Part shown: positions 19,369 to 28,069 of the stretch, piece after piece | Layout of the letters: every line of letters begins with the position of its first letter | Position numbering within the stretch: the stretch's first letter is position 1 | Virus record (IMG/VR): IMGVR_UViG_2848092901_000003 | Location: 1 to 64,000 of that record | Length of the DNA stretch: 64,000 nt | Reading direction: 5' to 3' (one strand) | Source of the DNA: a virus | Taxonomy: Duplodnaviria; Caudoviricetes | The notes under the pieces: generated by a model | Told to the model about the DNA's origin: nothing | Database searches by the model: none | What the model saw: the letters and a program-made list of their open reading frames with translations, nothing else | Program-made: the position numbers and the translations under genes

Positions 19369-19716
19369 GTGCCTAGGAAACCGAAACGGCCGTGTTCCTA
19401 TCCCGGCTGTCCAAAGCTGACGGACGGGCAGTACTGCAAGGAGCATGAAGCTGCCGCCCGCAGACAGTACAACCGATACGGACGTCCCGCCGACAGCAAC
19501 AAGAAGTACGGCAGAGCTTGGAAACGAATCCGCGACCGCTATGCTGCGGCGCATCCTTTGTGCGAGATGTGTCTGAAGGAGGGACGGCTGACTCCTGTGG
19601 AGGAAGTCCATCACATCGTTCCCCTCTCGCAGGGCGGGACGCATCGGAACGATAACCTGATGAGTCTGTGCCAGTCCTGCCACACCAAGATCCACCATGA
19701 CCTTGGCGACCGGTGA
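19369..19716 (+). CDS. Packaging-associated HNH endonuclease
   Basis: CSYPGC, HPLCEMC, EVHHIVPL..GG, NLMSLCQSCH; upstream of terS. Confidence 0.92.
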   Translation: MPRKPKRPCSYPGCPKLTDGQYCKEHEAAARRQYNRYGRPADSNKKYGRAWKRIRDRYAAAHPLCEMCLKEGRLTPVEEVHHIVPLSQGGTHRNDNLMSLCQSCHTKIHHDLGDR

Positions 19717-19810
19717 CCGTAGGGCGGTCAAAATCTCCGGGACCTGAATGAGCGGACAGCGGCCTGGGGCCTCGTGTGCAAAAAAGGCGAAATCAAAAGG
19801 GTAATTAAGG
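19717..19810. other. Probable cos region
   Basis: Position between HNH and terS as in HK97-like cos phages; GGGCGGTCAAAATCT followed by a GC-rich box; cut site not determinable. Confidence 0.45.
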
Positions 19811-19856
19811 GCAGCCGGCTGCGGCTGCTTATTTTTCGAGGAAAGGGGTGAGAAAA

Positions 19857-20405
19857 ATGCCGACAAAATCCAATAACACAGGCGGGCGCGGCGGCGCGAG
19901 ACCCGGTGCGGGAAGGAAGAAATCCGCTGTCAAAGAGAAAGCTGAGAACGGCAATCCTGGCGGCAGGAAACTGGAAGTGCTGGACATTCCCGAAGTCGAG
20001 GGTGTCGATATGCCAAAGCCCCATGAGTTTTTATCCGCCGAGCAGCGTGACGGAAGCACGCTCCAGGCGGAGGAAATTTATACGGAAACCTGGGAGTGGT
20101 TAAAAAAGGTGGGCTGCGCGGCGAAGGTGTCACCTCAGCTTCTGGAGCGGTACGCCATGTGCAGCGCCCGCTGGATTCAGTGCGAGGAGATGACCAACCG
20201 CATGGGTTTCCTCTCCAAGCATCCCACCACGCAGAAGCCGATTCCGTCGCCGTTTATTAATATCGGCATCAACTACATGAACCAGGCGGTGCGGCTCTGG
20301 AACGAGATCTTCCAGATCGTGAAGGAAAACTGCAGCACCGATTACGGGGAGGTATCTCCCCAGGATGATCTGATGGAGCGGCTGCTCCGCGCAAGGAAGG
20401 GGTGA
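19857..20405 (+). CDS. terS: Terminase small subunit (P27 family)
   Basis: RGGARPGAGRKK, LERYAMCSARW, PIPSPFI, QDDLMERLL. Confidence 0.88.
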   Translation: MPTKSNNTGGRGGARPGAGRKKSAVKEKAENGNPGGRKLEVLDIPEVEGVDMPKPHEFLSAEQRDGSTLQAEEIYTETWEWLKKVGCAAKVSPQLLERYAMCSARWIQCEEMTNRMGFLSKHPTTQKPIPSPFINIGINYMNQAVRLWNEIFQIVKENCSTDYGEVSPQDDLMERLLRARKG

Positions 20406-20409
20406 AGCT

Positions 20410-21195
20410 ATGTTTGAGAAAGTAAATCCGTGCCACCCGGACAAGGTGGCGGACCGCATTGCCGGCGCCCTGGTGGATGCGGCGTACCGGAAAGAGGAAA
20501 ATCCCAGGATCGCCGTGGAAGTCCTGATCGGCCACGGCGTCTGCCATATCATCGCGGAAACATCAGTGAGCATTCCACAGGATGAAGTGGAATCCATTGT
20601 CCATCGCATCGCAGGAAATCTGCACACGGACTATCTGGAAATGCCGCAGGACGGATGTCTTGCCAATAACCAGGCGGAAGGAATCCGCTGCGGGGACAAC
20701 GGCATCTTCAAAGGGGTTCCGGTCACGGAGGAGCAGAAAGCACTCTGTGAGATCGCCAAAAGTGTATATCACACTTATCCCTCGGATGGGAAGTACATCA
20801 TTGACGAAGCAAGGCTCATCCTCTGCCAGAGCAATGCCCCTGCCGCAGAGCTGCGGAAACGGTATCCGGGCGCCGAGGTCAATCCCTTGGGCGACTGGAC
20901 AGGCGGCACGGATGTAGACTCTGGGGCGACCAACCGCAAGCTGGGCAGCGACATGGCCGATTCGGTGACGGGCGGCGGCCTTCACGGCAAAGACCTCTCC
21001 AAAGCGGATGTGAGTGTGAACATCTACGCATGGCTGAAGGCGCAGGAAACGGGAAAGCCCGTGGAACTGTGCTGCGCCATCGGGGAAGATACGGTGGACG
21101 GCATCCCCTATAGAGAAATCGTGGAGACTGCCCGGAGATACATCCGGTCCCTCGGCGGCTTTGAAAAATTTGCGGAATGGGGGCTGGTGCGATGA
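20410..21195 (+). CDS. metK: Compact S-adenosylmethionine synthetase
   Basis: EKVNPCHPDKVADRI, GDNG, SGATNRK, GGGLHGKDLSKAD. Confidence 0.88.
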   Translation: MFEKVNPCHPDKVADRIAGALVDAAYRKEENPRIAVEVLIGHGVCHIIAETSVSIPQDEVESIVHRIAGNLHTDYLEMPQDGCLANNQAEGIRCGDNGIFKGVPVTEEQKALCEIAKSVYHTYPSDGKYIIDEARLILCQSNAPAAELRKRYPGAEVNPLGDWTGGTDVDSGATNRKLGSDMADSVTGGGLHGKDLSKADVSVNIYAWLKAQETGKPVELCCAIGEDTVDGIPYREIVETARRYIRSLGGFEKFAEWGLVR

Positions 21196-22430
21196 AAACG
21201 ACAACCGAGATGCAGCTTGTCCCTATCGCCAAGCTGGTACCCTATGTGAACAATGCCCGCACCCACTCCCCGGAGCAGATTACCAAGCTCCGCTCGTCCC
21301 TCCGGGAGTTCGGCTTTATCAATCCCGTCATCATCGACCGGGAGTTCAATGTGATCGCCGGCCACGGCAGAATCCTTGCGGCAAAGGAAGAAGGCATCCG
21401 AGAGATTCCCTGTGTGTTTGCCGACCATCTTACCGAAGCGCAGAAGAAAGCCTATATCATTGCGGACAACCGCATGGCGATGGACGCCGGATGGGATGAG
21501 GAACTTCTGCGGGTGGAGATTGAGTCTTTGCAGGGCATGGACTTTGACCCTCTGCTCACCGGCTTTGATGAAAAGGAACTGGCAGCTCTGTTCGATGACG
21601 GCATGGAAGCCAAAGAGGATGACTTCGATGTGGACGCGGAGCTGCAAAAGCCTGCCTTCTCCCGGTTGGGCGACGTATGGACGCTTGGCAGGCACCGTCT
21701 GGTATGCGGGGACTCTACAAAGGCAGAGACATACACCGCACTCATGGATGGCGTTAAGGCAAACCTGGTGATTACCGACCCGCCGTACAACGTCAACTAC
21801 GAAGGCTCGGCTGGCAAAATCAAGAACGACAACATGGCAGGCGAGAAATTCTATGAATTCCTCCTTGCCGCTTTTCAGAATATGGAATCGGTTATGGCGG
21901 CGGACGCATCCATCTATGTGTTCCACGCCGATACCGAGGGGCTAAACTTCCGCAGGGCGTTTGCCGATGCGGGATTTTATTTATCCGGCTGCTGCATCTG
22001 GAAGAAGCAATCCCTTGTGCTGGGACGCTCTCCGTACCAGTGGCAGCATGAGCCGGTGCTGTACGGCTGGAAGAAAAACGGCAAGCATCAGTGGTACACC
22101 GGCAGGAAGGAAACCACCATCTGGGAGTTTGATAAACCCAAGAAGAACGGCGACCATCCCACCATGAAGCCAATCCCTCTGCTGGCTTATCCTATCCAGA
22201 ACAGTTCTATGGCAAACTCGGTGGTGCTTGACCCATTCGGCGGTTCCGGTTCTACGCTCATTGCCTGTGAGCAGACTGACCGCATCTGCCGCATCATCGA
22301 GTTGGACGAGAAGTTCTGCGATGTGATTGTAAACCGATATATTGAGCAGGCCGGTTCTGCGGATGGCGTGAGCGTCCTCCGTAATGGCAGGACATACAGC
22401 TACGAGGAGGTCACGGATGGAACAGAATAA
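21192..22430 (+). CDS. ParB-like domain fused to N6/N4 DNA methyltransferase
   Basis: YVNNARTH and IAGHGR ParB-like N-terminus; TDPPYN; HPTMKP; DPFGGSGST. Confidence 0.92.
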   Translation: MKTTTEMQLVPIAKLVPYVNNARTHSPEQITKLRSSLREFGFINPVIIDREFNVIAGHGRILAAKEEGIREIPCVFADHLTEAQKKAYIIADNRMAMDAGWDEELLRVEIESLQGMDFDPLLTGFDEKELAALFDDGMEAKEDDFDVDAELQKPAFSRLGDVWTLGRHRLVCGDSTKAETYTALMDGVKANLVITDPPYNVNYEGSAGKIKNDNMAGEKFYEFLLAAFQNMESVMAADASIYVFHADTEGLNFRRAFADAGFYLSGCCIWKKQSLVLGRSPYQWQHEPVLYGWKKNGKHQWYTGRKETTIWEFDKPKKNGDHPTMKPIPLLAYPIQNSSMANSVVLDPFGGSGSTLIACEQTDRICRIIELDEKFCDVIVNRYIEQAGSADGVSVLRNGRTYSYEEVTDGTE

Positions 22431-24354
22431 ACTGACGCTGGGCAGCCTGTTTGACGGCTCTGGCGGATTCCCTCTGGGCGGATTGCTCTCCGGCATTACC
22501 CCTGTGTGGGCTTCGGAGATCGAACCATTCCCCATCCGGGTGACCACAAAGCGGCTGCCCTTTATGAAGCATTACGGCGATGTATCCAAAATGGACGGCG
22601 CAGATGTAGAGCCGGTGGACATCATCACCTTCGGCTCGCCCTGCCAGGATATGAGCATCGCCGGCCGGCGGGAAGGTCTGGACGGCTCCCGCTCCAGCCT
22701 GTTCTACGAAGCCGTCCGAATCGTAAAAGAAATGAGGTGTGCGACCGATGGAAAACATCCAAGGTATATCGTCTGGGAAAACGTCCCCGGCGCGTTCAGC
22801 TCCAACAAGGGCGCGGACTTCCAGTCCGTCCTCGAAGAGATCTGCTCGGTCAAAGGATACGAAATTCATACTGCTCGACCTGAGAGGTGGCCAGCCGCCG
22901 GGGAGATCGTGGCAGACGATTTCAGTCTCGCATGGCGGGTATTTGATGCGCAGTACTGGGGAGTCCCCCAACGCAGAAAACGTATCTACCTTGTCGCAGA
23001 TTTTGCAGGCGGGGGCGCCGGAAAAATACTATTTGAGTCCGAAGGCGTGTCTGGGTATACTCCGCAGGGCTTCCGCCCGTGGCAAGGAACTGCCGGAACT
23101 TTTGAGGAAGGCGCTGGAGCGTCAGGCTGCGTCTGCTTAAACGACCAGGGCGGCAGCCGTATGGATGTGACGGAGGATGTCGCAGCAACGCTCCGGGCGG
23201 AAAACCACGGACACCCTCCCTGCGTGATGGGGGCAGCCGGTTTTTGTACCGAGCATTCCGCACAGGCAAGGGGCATTGGGTATGAGGAAGAAACTTCTCC
23301 CACCCTCCGTGCCGGGACGGTGCCGGCGGCGGTCTATGAGAACCATAGCCAGGATACCAGATACACCGGTCCACTGGAGACAGCGCCTACAGTAATGTCT
23401 ACCTACGGCACGGGCGGCAACAACCAGCCCTTTGTGGTGGAGACACCCAAGACGCTGAAGATCCGCTCCGGCTGCGATGGCGGCGGTAAAGGCGCGCTGA
23501 TCCAGGAGAACAAGTCCGCCACCCTCGGCTGCAACAACGACCAGACGGTATTCGTGCCGTTCGTGAAGGGCACCCGCCCCCATTCTCCCGATGAGGGGCA
23601 GCAGTGGAGAGCCGCCGATGTAGCGAATACACTGAACACCTACGATGTAGGCGAGGCCCGGTGCAATGAACTGGCGGTCAGGGTGTACGGCATCTGCTCC
23701 AAGCAGAGCCACGCCATGCTGTCCGACAATCCCCACAGCGGTTTTTATGAAGCGGACACTTCCCGGTGCCTGGACAGGAGCGGCGGCAACCCCACCTGCA
23801 ACCAGGGCGGTATGGCGGTGGTGGCGGTGCAGGGTTCCATGATCGGCAGGGCGGATAAGAATGGTCCCCAGGGCAGCGGCGTGAATGAGGATGTGTCTTT
23901 TACGCTGGATGCTGCTGACCGCCATGCGGTGGCTTACTGCATGACCACCGGCTCTTACACTCAAACATTGGAAGAACAATCTCCAACCTTGATGGCAAGG
24001 GATTATAAAGACCCGCCTGTGGTGAATGAGACTGAGCCGGAGTATATCGTCCGCAGACTGACGCCTACCGAGTGCGCCCGGTTGCAGGGGTTTCCGGACT
24101 GGTGGTGCGCCGGGCTTGAGACCGATGAGCCGTCTGAGGAGGAAATCGAGTTCTGGACAGAGGTGTTTGAGACACATCGCACCGTTCTGGGAACTTCCTC
24201 CAAGCCAAAGAGCCGGAACCAGATCATCAAGTGGCTGAAAGGCCCCCACTCCGATTCCGCAGAATACAAAATGTGGGGCAACGGTGTGGCGCTTCCCAAT
24301 GTTTACTTCGTGCTCTCCGGGATCGTGTACTATGCACAGTTTCCGGAAGGATAA
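22417..24354 (+). CDS. C5 cytosine DNA methyltransferase with a very long variable region
   Basis: SLFDGSGG, GSPCQD, WENVPG, QRRKRIY, RRLTPTECARLQGFP, GNGV. Confidence 0.92.
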   Translation: MEQNKLTLGSLFDGSGGFPLGGLLSGITPVWASEIEPFPIRVTTKRLPFMKHYGDVSKMDGADVEPVDIITFGSPCQDMSIAGRREGLDGSRSSLFYEAVRIVKEMRCATDGKHPRYIVWENVPGAFSSNKGADFQSVLEEICSVKGYEIHTARPERWPAAGEIVADDFSLAWRVFDAQYWGVPQRRKRIYLVADFAGGGAGKILFESEGVSGYTPQGFRPWQGTAGTFEEGAGASGCVCLNDQGGSRMDVTEDVAATLRAENHGHPPCVMGAAGFCTEHSAQARGIGYEEETSPTLRAGTVPAAVYENHSQDTRYTGPLETAPTVMSTYGTGGNNQPFVVETPKTLKIRSGCDGGGKGALIQENKSATLGCNNDQTVFVPFVKGTRPHSPDEGQQWRAADVANTLNTYDVGEARCNELAVRVYGICSKQSHAMLSDNPHSGFYEADTSRCLDRSGGNPTCNQGGMAVVAVQGSMIGRADKNGPQGSGVNEDVSFTLDAADRHAVAYCMTTGSYTQTLEEQSPTLMARDYKDPPVVNETEPEYIVRRLTPTECARLQGFPDWWCAGLETDEPSEEEIEFWTEVFETHRTVLGTSSKPKSRNQIIKWLKGPHSDSAEYKMWGNGVALPNVYFVLSGIVYYAQFPEG

Positions 24355-24452
24355 TCCAGCCCTTATTCTACAGAAAAATGTGCGAAAACCGCTTGCTATT
24401 TCAGGGGTTTAGAGTGATGTATGTACTACCAAAACAAAGGAGGTTTTCGCAC

Positions 24453-25172
24453 ATGGAAATCAGATACAATGTGACGGGTGCCAAGCGCAAGGAACTTGTA
24501 AAGGTCATCGCTGATACCACTGGCGCCAGGGCGGAATACAAGTTCATGCCCACCTGCAACTATGAGATCGACTACTTTACGGTTACCAAGGATGGGACAC
24601 TCCTCTTTGACGACCGCGCCGACAGCGAGGAAGTCGAGCGGGTGCTGGAATCCATCGCCGCCGCTGGCTTTGAATGTGAGCCGCAGGACGGCGTTGAGCA
24701 ACCCTCTGGGCAAGAAACCAAAGAAACGGAAGAAATCGCCGACAGCGCGCCACAGGGCGAACCTGTGGGACTTACAGTGGAGATTCCGCTCCACAAGGTG
24801 GCAGTGGGCAACCTCACGAAGCTGCTGGAAGCCAAAGGAAATCTGATACGGAAAGCCCTGGGCATCACCGACCTTCGCGTTGAGGTTTTGGAAGATCGGG
24901 TGGCGTTCCCCTGGTTCTCCCAGGTAGATGCGGATTCTGCAGCCGCCTACACCCATTTCATTTCCGCACTTTGCGAGATGAGCAGAAATGCCAAGCGAGT
25001 GACGGCGACCGAAAAGCCGGTGGATAACGAGAAATACGCATTCCGCTGCTTTCTCCTGCGGCTGGGCTTTATTGGCAGCGAGTACAAAGCGGAGCGCAAG
25101 ATCCTGCTGAAGAACCTCTCTGGGTCCTCGGCCTTCAAGAATGGAGGTGCCGGCCATGCGGTTTCCGAATAA
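24453..25172 (+). CDS. Conserved phage accessory protein (often labelled virulence-related)
   Basis: VTGAKRKELVKVI, PTCNYEID, NEKYAFRCFLLRLGFIG; the last motif also ends the amidoligase. Confidence 0.75.
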   Translation: MEIRYNVTGAKRKELVKVIADTTGARAEYKFMPTCNYEIDYFTVTKDGTLLFDDRADSEEVERVLESIAAAGFECEPQDGVEQPSGQETKETEEIADSAPQGEPVGLTVEIPLHKVAVGNLTKLLEAKGNLIRKALGITDLRVEVLEDRVAFPWFSQVDADSAAAYTHFISALCEMSRNAKRVTATEKPVDNEKYAFRCFLLRLGFIGSEYKAERKILLKNLSGSSAFKNGGAGHAVSE

Positions 25173-25392
25173 AGATACCGTGGAGCGTATCCGCCGGGAC
25201 TATCCCGCCGGCACCCGTGTGGAACTGGTGCGGATGGATGATGCCCAAGCGCCACTCGCCGGTACGCTCGGCACGGTACTCGGTGTGGATGATACCGGTT
25301 CCCTCCTCATGCGCTGGGACAACGGCAGCGACCTGAACGTGATCTATGGTGAGGACATTGTGAGAAAGGTGGGTGGGCGATATGACGAATGA
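25156..25392 (+). CDS. DUF4314 family protein
   Basis: YPAGTRVELVRMDD, GTVLGVDDTG, WDNGS. Confidence 0.85.
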   Translation: MRFPNKDTVERIRRDYPAGTRVELVRMDDAQAPLAGTLGTVLGVDDTGSLLMRWDNGSDLNVIYGEDIVRKVGGRYDE

Positions 25393-25699
25393 TATCCTGA
25401 AAGACTTCTTCTATGGGAACATCAATCCGAATGAAAAGCAGTTTGACCGCAATTCAGAGTATGGAAAGGCAGCCTCCGGGCTGGTCGATGAGGAAGAAAA
25501 ACTCCGCTCCATGCTGGATCATGAGACGTCCGCAATCCTTGATAAGATGATTTGCCTGCAAGCCTCCATTACAGGTATGACCGCTGAGGAGTACTTCATC
25601 GATGGGCTGCGCACGGGATTCCGGCTGGCTCTCGCTATACTCGATGAAGGAAAAAACGGCTCTCTCACGCCAATTACGGATGGTGGAAAAAGGCTGTAA
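25382..25699 (+). CDS. DUF6809-like hypothetical protein
   Basis: ILKDFFYGNINP and EEYFIDGLRTG pattern. Confidence 0.6.
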   Translation: MTNDILKDFFYGNINPNEKQFDRNSEYGKAASGLVDEEEKLRSMLDHETSAILDKMICLQASITGMTAEEYFIDGLRTGFRLALAILDEGKNGSLTPITDGGKRL

Positions 25700-25700
25700 A

Positions 25701-25831
25701 TTACACAGTATCCAGCAGTCATCTTTGTGTAGTATATTATCGGAAATGGCCTTGCTATTATCCTCTTTTAGAGCGAATATGTGTACACCGAAAGGGAAAA
25801 CACACCAAATGAAAACGGAGGATTCACCATG
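25701..25831 (+). repeat. About 125-bp cassette leader repeat, copy A
   Basis: TACACA-N13-ATCTTTGTG, CTTGCTAT-N11-AGAGCGAATATGT, ACACCGAAAGGGAAAACA and AAAACGGAGGAT shared with 27545-27670. Confidence 0.8.
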
Positions 25832-26779
25832 AATGAGAAAACCGCAAGGCAGATTACAGAGATGAAAAAGCAGACCATCGGGGTCGAGGTTGAGATGAAT
25901 AACATCACCCGCCAGAAGGCAGCCAAGGCTGCCGCCGAGTTTTTCGGCACCGGACGCTACGAGAATACCGCCGGCCGCAACGGATACAGCACCTGGTCGG
26001 CCTGGGACGCAGACGGGCGCGAGTGGAAGTTCCAGAAGGATGTTTCCATTGCGGGACCGGATGACCAGAAATGCGAACTGGTCACCCCGATCCTGACCTA
26101 CGATGACATCGAAACCCTGCAGGAGCTTTGCAGGCAGCTTCGTCACAACGGAGCCAAGAGCGACGCCTCCAGAGGATGCGGGGTCCACATCCACATCGGG
26201 GCAAACGGGCACACCCCGCAGAGCCTTCGCAACCTTGCCAACATCATGGCGAGCCACGAAAGCCTGATTGCCGAGGCACTGAAACTGGACCGGGGCCGCA
26301 TGAGCCGCTACTGCCGCACGGTGGACCCAAGATTCTTAGAGCAGGTCAACCGGAGAAAACCCCGCACAATGGCACAGCTTGCGGATATCTGGTACAACAG
26401 CAACGGCGCAAATTACGGCAGAAACCATCACTACAACGACAGCCGCTACCATATGCTCAACCTCCACGCCACTTTTACCAAAGGCACGGTCGAATTTAGG
26501 CTCTTCCAGTTTGATGAGCCAACCGCAGAGCGCCGGGGCGGCATCCATGCAGGCCAGCTTAAGAGTTACATCCAGCTTTGCCTGGCCTTAAGCCAGATGG
26601 CAAAGGATGTGCGGACGGCAAGCTCCAAGCCCCAGCAGAACGAGAACCCCAAATATGCCATGCGCACCTGGCTCCTCCGCCTGGGCTTCATCGGCGAGGA
26701 GTTCGCAACGGCCAGAGATTTCCTGACCCGCAACCTTACCGGGGACACAGCCTTCCGGCATGGCAGAGCCGCCGCTTGA
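25829..26779 (+). CDS. Putative amidoligase (COOH-NH2 ligase, Amidoligase_2 family)
   Basis: IGVEVEM, ELVTP, CGVHIHIG, RYHMLNL, TVEFRLF. Confidence 0.88.
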   Translation: MNEKTARQITEMKKQTIGVEVEMNNITRQKAAKAAAEFFGTGRYENTAGRNGYSTWSAWDADGREWKFQKDVSIAGPDDQKCELVTPILTYDDIETLQELCRQLRHNGAKSDASRGCGVHIHIGANGHTPQSLRNLANIMASHESLIAEALKLDRGRMSRYCRTVDPRFLEQVNRRKPRTMAQLADIWYNSNGANYGRNHHYNDSRYHMLNLHATFTKGTVEFRLFQFDEPTAERRGGIHAGQLKSYIQLCLALSQMAKDVRTASSKPQQNENPKYAMRTWLLRLGFIGEEFATARDFLTRNLTGDTAFRHGRAAA

Positions 26780-26858
26780 AGGACTTAGGTTAAATGCCCT
26801 GCCCCTGACCGCTTCGGCGGTCTTAGGGTGGTAGAAGGACAAGTAACCTAAGTCCTCC
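26778..26858 (+). other. Structured intergenic element (outer stem enclosing a C-UUCG-G hairpin)
   Basis: GGACTTAGGTTA (26781-26792) and TAACCTAAGTCC (26844-26855) form a perfect inverted repeat; inner GACCGC-TTCG-GCGGTC. Confidence 0.65.
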
Positions 26859-26876
26859 AGGAAAGGATGGATACAC

Positions 26877-27353
26877 ATGAACGAAAAAAGATACTACATC
26901 GCCTACGGCAGCAACCTGAATGTTCGGCAGATGCGGATGCGCTGCCCTCACGCCACGATCCTCGGTACGGCAAACCTTAAGGATTGGGAACTGCTTTTTA
27001 AGGGAAGCAGGACCGGCTCTTACCTGACCATTGAAGAATGCGAAAACGGCACGGTTCCCGTGGTGATCTGGGAGGTGACGGCTGCAGACGAAGCCGCCCT
27101 CGACCGTTATGAAGGATTCCCGACCTTTTACTACAAGCGGGATATCCGTCTCCAGTACAAAGGCATCCGGACAGGCAGACGCAGGACGGTGACGGCCTTT
27201 GCCTACATCATGCACGAGGACAGGCCGATTGGGATTCCCAGCAATCTCTATATGCGGACTTGCCTGGAAGGGTATGACGCCTTCCGCTTTGACAAGAATA
27301 TTCTGGTTGATGCTTATGATAAATGCAGGGAGGTATGCGGATATGAAGGATAA
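26877..27353 (+). CDS. Gamma-glutamylcyclotransferase (GGCT/AIG2-like)
   Basis: YIAYGSNLN, LDRYEG, YMRTCLEGY. Confidence 0.88.
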   Translation: MNEKRYYIAYGSNLNVRQMRMRCPHATILGTANLKDWELLFKGSRTGSYLTIEECENGTVPVVIWEVTAADEAALDRYEGFPTFYYKRDIRLQYKGIRTGRRRTVTAFAYIMHEDRPIGIPSNLYMRTCLEGYDAFRFDKNILVDAYDKCREVCGYEG

Positions 27354-27543
27354 TGTGATCCGGATGGCGGTCTGCCCGCTTTGCGGCAGGACCTACCACG
27401 GCGCTCCGGCGCTTTCAAGAGAAGACAACGAAACGCTCATCTGCCCGGACTGTGGCACCAGGCAGGCGCTCCAGTCTATCGGTGTGGACAGCGCCGAGCA
27501 GGAGCAGATCATTGAGACGATCCACCGCCATACACAGGAGTGA
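27343..27543 (+). CDS. Small Zn-finger protein
   Basis: CPLCG and CPDCG; GGGAGG RBS. Confidence 0.7.
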   Translation: MKDNVIRMAVCPLCGRTYHGAPALSREDNETLICPDCGTRQALQSIGVDSAEQEQIIETIHRHTQE

Positions 27544-27544
27544 T

Positions 27545-27670
27545 ATACACAATTTATTCCTCCGATCTTTGTGCGGATTATGCTCAGAATTAACTTGATA
27601 ATATATGGTTTTAGAGCGAATATGTACACACCGAAAGGGAAAACAAAGAAAACGGAGGATACAAGCCATG
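27545..27670 (+). repeat. About 125-bp cassette leader repeat, copy B
   Basis: Aligns with 25701-25831. Confidence 0.8.
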
Positions 27671-27955
27671 ATGATCAACGAAGCGATGAAAAAGTACCGG
27701 CTGCCGAACCCCACCACAACCGAGGATTTGGAGATGCGGTTCTCCGGCATGGACGGCAAGACGTTGACTTTTGGAGATAAGGTTCTCCTTGCCGGATACT
27801 ACTACAACGGGAGAAACAAGCCCTGCTGCTTCGGCGCGGCATACGAGTTCCTTACCGATGACCACACCTGCGAAGGTATGATCGGGCTGAGAGCAGCCAG
27901 CGGGGTTGAGTTTGAGGATGATGGCCACGCCATCGCTTGGGCGATGCAGCAGTAA
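27668..27955 (+). CDS. Hypothetical cassette protein
   Basis: ORF directly behind the repeated leader and GGAGG RBS. Confidence 0.7.
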   Translation: MMINEAMKKYRLPNPTTTEDLEMRFSGMDGKTLTFGDKVLLAGYYYNGRNKPCCFGAAYEFLTDDHTCEGMIGLRAASGVEFEDDGHAIAWAMQQ

Positions 27956-28069
27956 ATAAAAGAACATAATAACCTGAGATCGAGCCGCACGGCTCTTTCT
28001 CTCGTACAGAACCATTTTGGAAGTCGCAGCGATGCGGCTATTTTTTATGCCATTTGGGAGGTGGTGTCT

